Position numbers and translations under genes: made by a program. This document shows positions 59,862 through 64,000 of a stretch of DNA of 64,000 nucleotides, piece after piece. This stretch comes from Raja brachyura (taxonomy: Eukaryota). How positions within the stretch are numbered: the stretch's first letter is position 1; every line of letters begins with the position of its first letter. The notes under the pieces were generated by a model. That model did no database searches, was not told the DNA's origin, and saw only the letters and a program-made list of their open reading frames with translations. The stretch covers positions 19,406,001 to 19,470,000 of the forward strand of contig OY740801.1 in the NCBI GenBank assembly GCA_963514005.1, in the 5' to 3' direction.

Positions 59862-60719
59862 TAGTACCTTCACAGTAATGGGCAGGGCACTGGCGTGTGT
59901 TATAGAGCAGAGGGGTCTAGGAGTGCATTGTTCCCTGAAGGTGGTGTCACACGTATGTTGGGTGGTCAAAAAGGCTTTTGGTAAATTGACCTTTATCAGT
60001 CAGGGTATGAGTATATAAGTTGGGATGTTATAGTTGTACAAGATGTTGGTAAGGCCGTATTTGGAGTATTATGTTCAGTTTTGGTAACTCTGCTATCGGA
60101 AGGATGTTGTTAAAATGGAAAGAGTGCAGAGACGATTTACGGGAATGTTGCCAGGACTTAAGGGCCTGAGCTGTAGAGAGGTTGGACAAGCTAGGACTTT
60201 ATTCCTTAGAGCGAAGTAGGCTGATGGGTGATCTTATAGAACTGTGTAAGATCATGAGCAGAATATTCCATCTATTGACCCCTCAGCCTTCTTTGCCTGA
60301 ACTGGACCCTGTCTCTATTCTGTGTACAAGCAAGGGTGGATGCCTAAGGTGGATGCCAAACCAAAGGAAGTTTCAAAGTAAAAGATATTTCAAGATTATT
60401 ATTATTATTTTTTTAAATGGTTTGCTTTTCCACTTTGCTCCAAACCAGCCCATCATCTCACCCCACCCAACCCCATTCAAGTGGTACCGTGCAAGACAGC
60501 ACAAAATTCAAATGTTGAAATTGAAACAAATATAAATGTATAACCAAGCATAAGTAGAGGAAGGTAATGCACCACATTTGGCCATGCAATCTATCATATC
60601 CATGCTAAGCAAACCAAGAGCAACTTACGAGGATCCCAGATCTTGGCCCATAGTTCTGAAGATGATACCATGCAGCTTTTCACTGTTTCTCGGTACACAT
60701 GACAATGACAAATTATTAC

Positions 60720-60900
60720 CAATACCAAATTGTGCTCGTCCAGATGCTTTTGAAGTGTGCAGAGGGCTTCTACTTCTGCCATCAAATCATCCAGGTGAGA
60801 CCAAACTCCCACCACTGGGTGAAAAGACTTCCCTGCAATTTCTCCTCTGAACCTTGCATCCATTTCCTCAAATCCATCCACCAACTGAACACATTGGTAA
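60720..60900 (-). mobile_element. Old CR1 3' fragment
   Basis: SLFTQWWEFG-like translation; CCACTGGGTGAAAAGACTTCCC. Confidence 0.5.
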
Positions 60901-62278
60901 AGAAACCAAGGTCCACCGTTGTCGCGGTACAGCCCCTGTAGTAAATGGTTGTTGCATCGTGGCATGGTAGATACTGTTCATGGGCCAATGCCCAAGGCAT
61001 AAATGTCAGGATACCTGCCTGGGATGTGTTCAGAGAGGTCCCCTTTAGGTTGGGCTGAAGAAGGCTTCGTCAGGGCACGGAAGTGAGACCGCAGCATGGG
61101 AGGCCCAGAGGTGGTGTCGGCCATGTTGGTCTAATTGAAAGTGACAGGGTATCCGTGCGTGTTTCTGTGCACCACCTGCAAATGGCCAATGTCCTCCATG
61201 CATTAGTGGCCCAGAAGAATAACATTATTTACTCAGTAAATCCCTCATTTTGGTTTATGTTTTGTTTTTTTATAAAAATTGGACGGCTTAACCACAAAAC
61301 AGTGGTGCTAACTGTGGTGTTGTAGTGGCCAGTCAAACCTCTGGTTCTTCCACTGGCGCATTCATGGCCTTCTCTTGTGCTATCATAGATCCTTCCCAGC
61401 CTATGGACCTCCTGGCGGGAAATTGCCTGTGGCTGGGAAGGATCTGTGAGAGTACAAATGCCTATGATTTTGGCAATCGAGCACTGCAGGGTAAAAGCCC
61501 AGTGATCAAACCACTTTTGATCACTAAAGACACTTCAACTAAAAGTCGGAAGTCCCTGCATCTGGAACCCAGCTCCCCAAATGATGTTAACCTAAGTGTA
61601 ACATCAAAAATTTGTCTTCAGCAAGATTTTCAGCCACAGTGGACTGAAGAACAATTTTAATTCTGTTCTCTCACAGCAACTGGCCAGCTTTCAATGAGAG
61701 CGACTTTTGCAAAGGCCCAGGCTTATCTCTCCTGCAGACAACCCGTGGCCAACAGCTTTAGGTCAATGCCCAAAACTGAGAAACTGTGGTTCGAGCCAAT
61801 ACACCATTGGGGGGGGGGGGCAGGCAGGGGAGGGGGGGTGGGGGGTTGGGGAGTTCACCAGCACCTGCTCGCCCCTCACTACCTAAAGCGAGTGGGTAGA
61901 AATGGCAAGCAAACAGCCTTACAGAAAAATATATTCTCTCTGCTGAGAGAGCACCTGGAAATGTCCTGGGGAAGGTTCTGAGAGTGAGCGAGACCCAGAC
62001 TTTGAGAGTAGTTGCATGTTTGTGTGCGATCTGGCACAGGAGGTTTTCAATAATTGGAGCTATGACCACGGACTGCCTTGTGGGTGGACAGCCTGCATGG
62101 ACGTAACTCCTGCAAAGCTTGGCTGGAGATGGTAGCAGGTGTTGCCCCTTTCATCAGGTGTCTTTCCACAAGATTTCACTGAAGAACATCGTACCAGAAG
62201 AACATCAGAACAGGAGTTCGCCATTGATCCTGTCCACCAATAGCCATTAACATTACTATGCATACAGAGTTACCTTTT

Positions 62279-62477
62279 GTGTCGGAAGGAACTGCAGGTG
62301 TTGGTTTAAACCAAAGATAGACACTAAAAGCTGGAGTAACTCAACGAGTCAGACAGCATCTCCAAAGAAAAGGAATAGGTGAATTTTGTGGTTGAGACCC
62401 TTCTTCTTGACCTGTTCCTTTTCTCCATAGATGCTGTCTGACCTGCTGAGCTATTCCAGCTTTTGGGCCTATCTTCA
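62279..62477 (-). mobile_element. Penelope-derived fold-back insertion, diverged
   Basis: GGAAGGAACTGCAGGTG..GAGACCCTTCTTC, then inverted arm ACCTGTTCCTTTTCTCCATAGATGCTG..TATCTTC. Confidence 0.85.
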
Positions 62478-63055
62478 GTGCCCTTTTCTTCCATAACCCA
62501 GGAAACTCTAGTCCCCCATTCTGTGCAAGGGTAGGTGAAAACCACGCAGCAGGAGCAAACAAATTGGGACCTAATCTTTCCAATGTAGGCAACCTGCTCA
62601 ATGCTGTATTGACACAGTTGTCATCTACACATAACCCCAATTTCAGGTGTTGCACAGACGCATTTCTGCGTTTGTTCCTCCGTGATTGTTGTGCAGAGCT
62701 CCATCCAACATCAACCCTCTTTCACTCAACCTCAAGCTTCACGTTGGTTGCGAGTTAGTTTGGAGGAACGTGGGCTCTGTCGCTAGCATTAAGTGTGTTA
62801 TGGAGTCAAATGGCCCACTTGTCCAAAATGTCCATGCTGACCATTAAGTCCCCATCTATACTGATTCAATTTACCTGGTCACCAGTTGTACCTCAGTTGG
62901 TAGTAAGAAACTCACACAGCATCTCCTTCTCCCTGCTGGTGCCAGGGTAGTAAAACAACTCCTCCACTCCCGAGACGCTGGAGGGTTGGGAAACTCGGGA
63001 TGGGAACATGCGGCCTGCCACTTACTTTCCTGCTTTACTTTCGATCCAATGCTAG

Positions 63056-63069
63056 GTTGCTATGGCAAC
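63056..63069. promoter_or_regulatory. RFX X-box motif
   Basis: GTTGCTATGGCAAC, a near-perfect palindromic X-box, in unique and mildly CpG-enriched sequence. Confidence 0.45.
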
Positions 63070-63499
63070 ACACTCGATTTCAAGCTTCCACCCCCTGTTG
63101 ATCTCGCTGACTAATCCGAGCTGCAACCTACACAGGGTTTCTTTTTAATTGTTTTTAGATAAAATGTTATTTTTCACGTCTGAGTGGAGGGCTTGCAGTG
63201 GGTGCCGAGAGATGATTTCCTTCTTTTTAATTGGCTTACTGCAGGAGATCTTGGGCAGCGACAGGAAGCATTTCTATTTGATGTGTGCGTACCAAACAGC
63301 CAGCTCAGGTTGATATCACAGGCATCCTGCAGGCAACTAAACCTTACTGAATGCACCTTTTCCCACAATCCAATCAGTTTCAATCCCACAACCAAAGAAA
63401 ATCAATGTTGAGCTTCCATTTGTTGTTATTCTTCTATTTCCATAACAATATATGGAATGTAAGCCTTCAGAGTTATAAACCAACCATTGGACTTCCTGC

Positions 63500-63870
63500 C
63501 TTATGTGCGGTTTTGAAATTTTCCATTCTTGCGTTTAAATCTCCCCAAATCCCAGCTCCTGTTTCTCTGTATCATTCTATAATTTTTCTGGATCTCTATG
63601 CTCCAGTCAAAACTTCCCGTGTGATCTCCTGGCCTTCGTCCCATTACAAGCAGCTGCCCAGCAATGCCTCCACAACTCTGGCCTCGAAATCCCCCCTCAA
63701 CCACCTCTCGGCATTTTCTCTTTCTTTAAGACCCTTCACAAAATCTCTATCCCTACAGCAAGCCATTAGTGACATGTCCTCATCCTTTTTAGGTGGCTGC
63801 CCATCAAAAGTTTCCCAATGGCGTTCCTGCAACGTACCTATGATCTTCATCATGGGATAAAGTATGAAAT
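63500..63870 (+). mobile_element. Old L2 3' region
   Basis: TTTTGAAATTTTCCATTCTTGCGTTTAAATC..CTCTGGCCTCGAAATCCCCCCTCAACCACCTCTC..TTTAAGACCCTTC. Confidence 0.55.
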
Positions 63871-64000
63871 ACAAGTTCTGCTGGTGGTAATGTGTGAGGG
63901 TAATTGACACCAGTTAGGCAGATACATTTGTCTGCCAGCCCTCGTTTCATTGTCCATTTAAACAGCCAATAGCAAAAGCTTTGTTTTCCAAATAAAATGG

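Larger units (their letters stand above)
59265..60260 (+). mobile_element. CR1 RT fragment (~1 kb) interrupted by a Penelope micro-insertion
   Basis: GGTGTGCCTCAGGGA..CTGGGCCC (GVPQG.LGP) and TTTTCAGATGAC (FADD-like), then LVRPYLEYYVQF and MERVQRRFTGMLPGL; frameshifted. Confidence 0.9.

Noticed and set aside
63351-63860. 169-aa ORF
   Set aside because: It mostly overlaps a decayed L2 3' region.

Overview
Eukaryotic non-coding DNA. The repeat content (HE1-type tRNA-derived SINEs with (CTAAA)n tails, HER1/CR1 LINE 3' ends with (TTTCTATG)n tails, SacSINE1-like Deu-SINEs) points to a cartilaginous fish, probably a skate or ray. I found no recognisable host protein-coding exon, rRNA, tRNA gene or CRISPR array. 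ORFs in the track that I could interpret are either LINE/Penelope debris or low-complexity artefacts. The window looks like a large intron or gene desert filled with nested mobile-element fragments: CR1, L2, Rex1/Babar, a Penelope GIY-YIG fragment, many SINEs, a 1400-bp TG..CA solo LTR, a 1032-bp DNA transposon with a 7-bp target-site duplication (TSD), and several MITEs. The most interesting signal is a family of ~200-bp Penelope-derived fold-back insertions, several with 12-16-bp TSDs. They carry minimal type-I hammerhead ribozyme motifs. One is a perfect 75-bp palindrome with an intact core on each strand (28007-28159); another is a 3x50-bp tandem array of core-less hammerheads (16351-16500). 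Candidate regulatory items (RFX X-boxes, TAAT-rich CNE-like blocks, one exon-like segment) are unverified. Family names come from recalled consensus similarity, not database searches. Boundaries of old fragments are approximate (tens of bp); TSD and palindrome coordinates were counted base by base.
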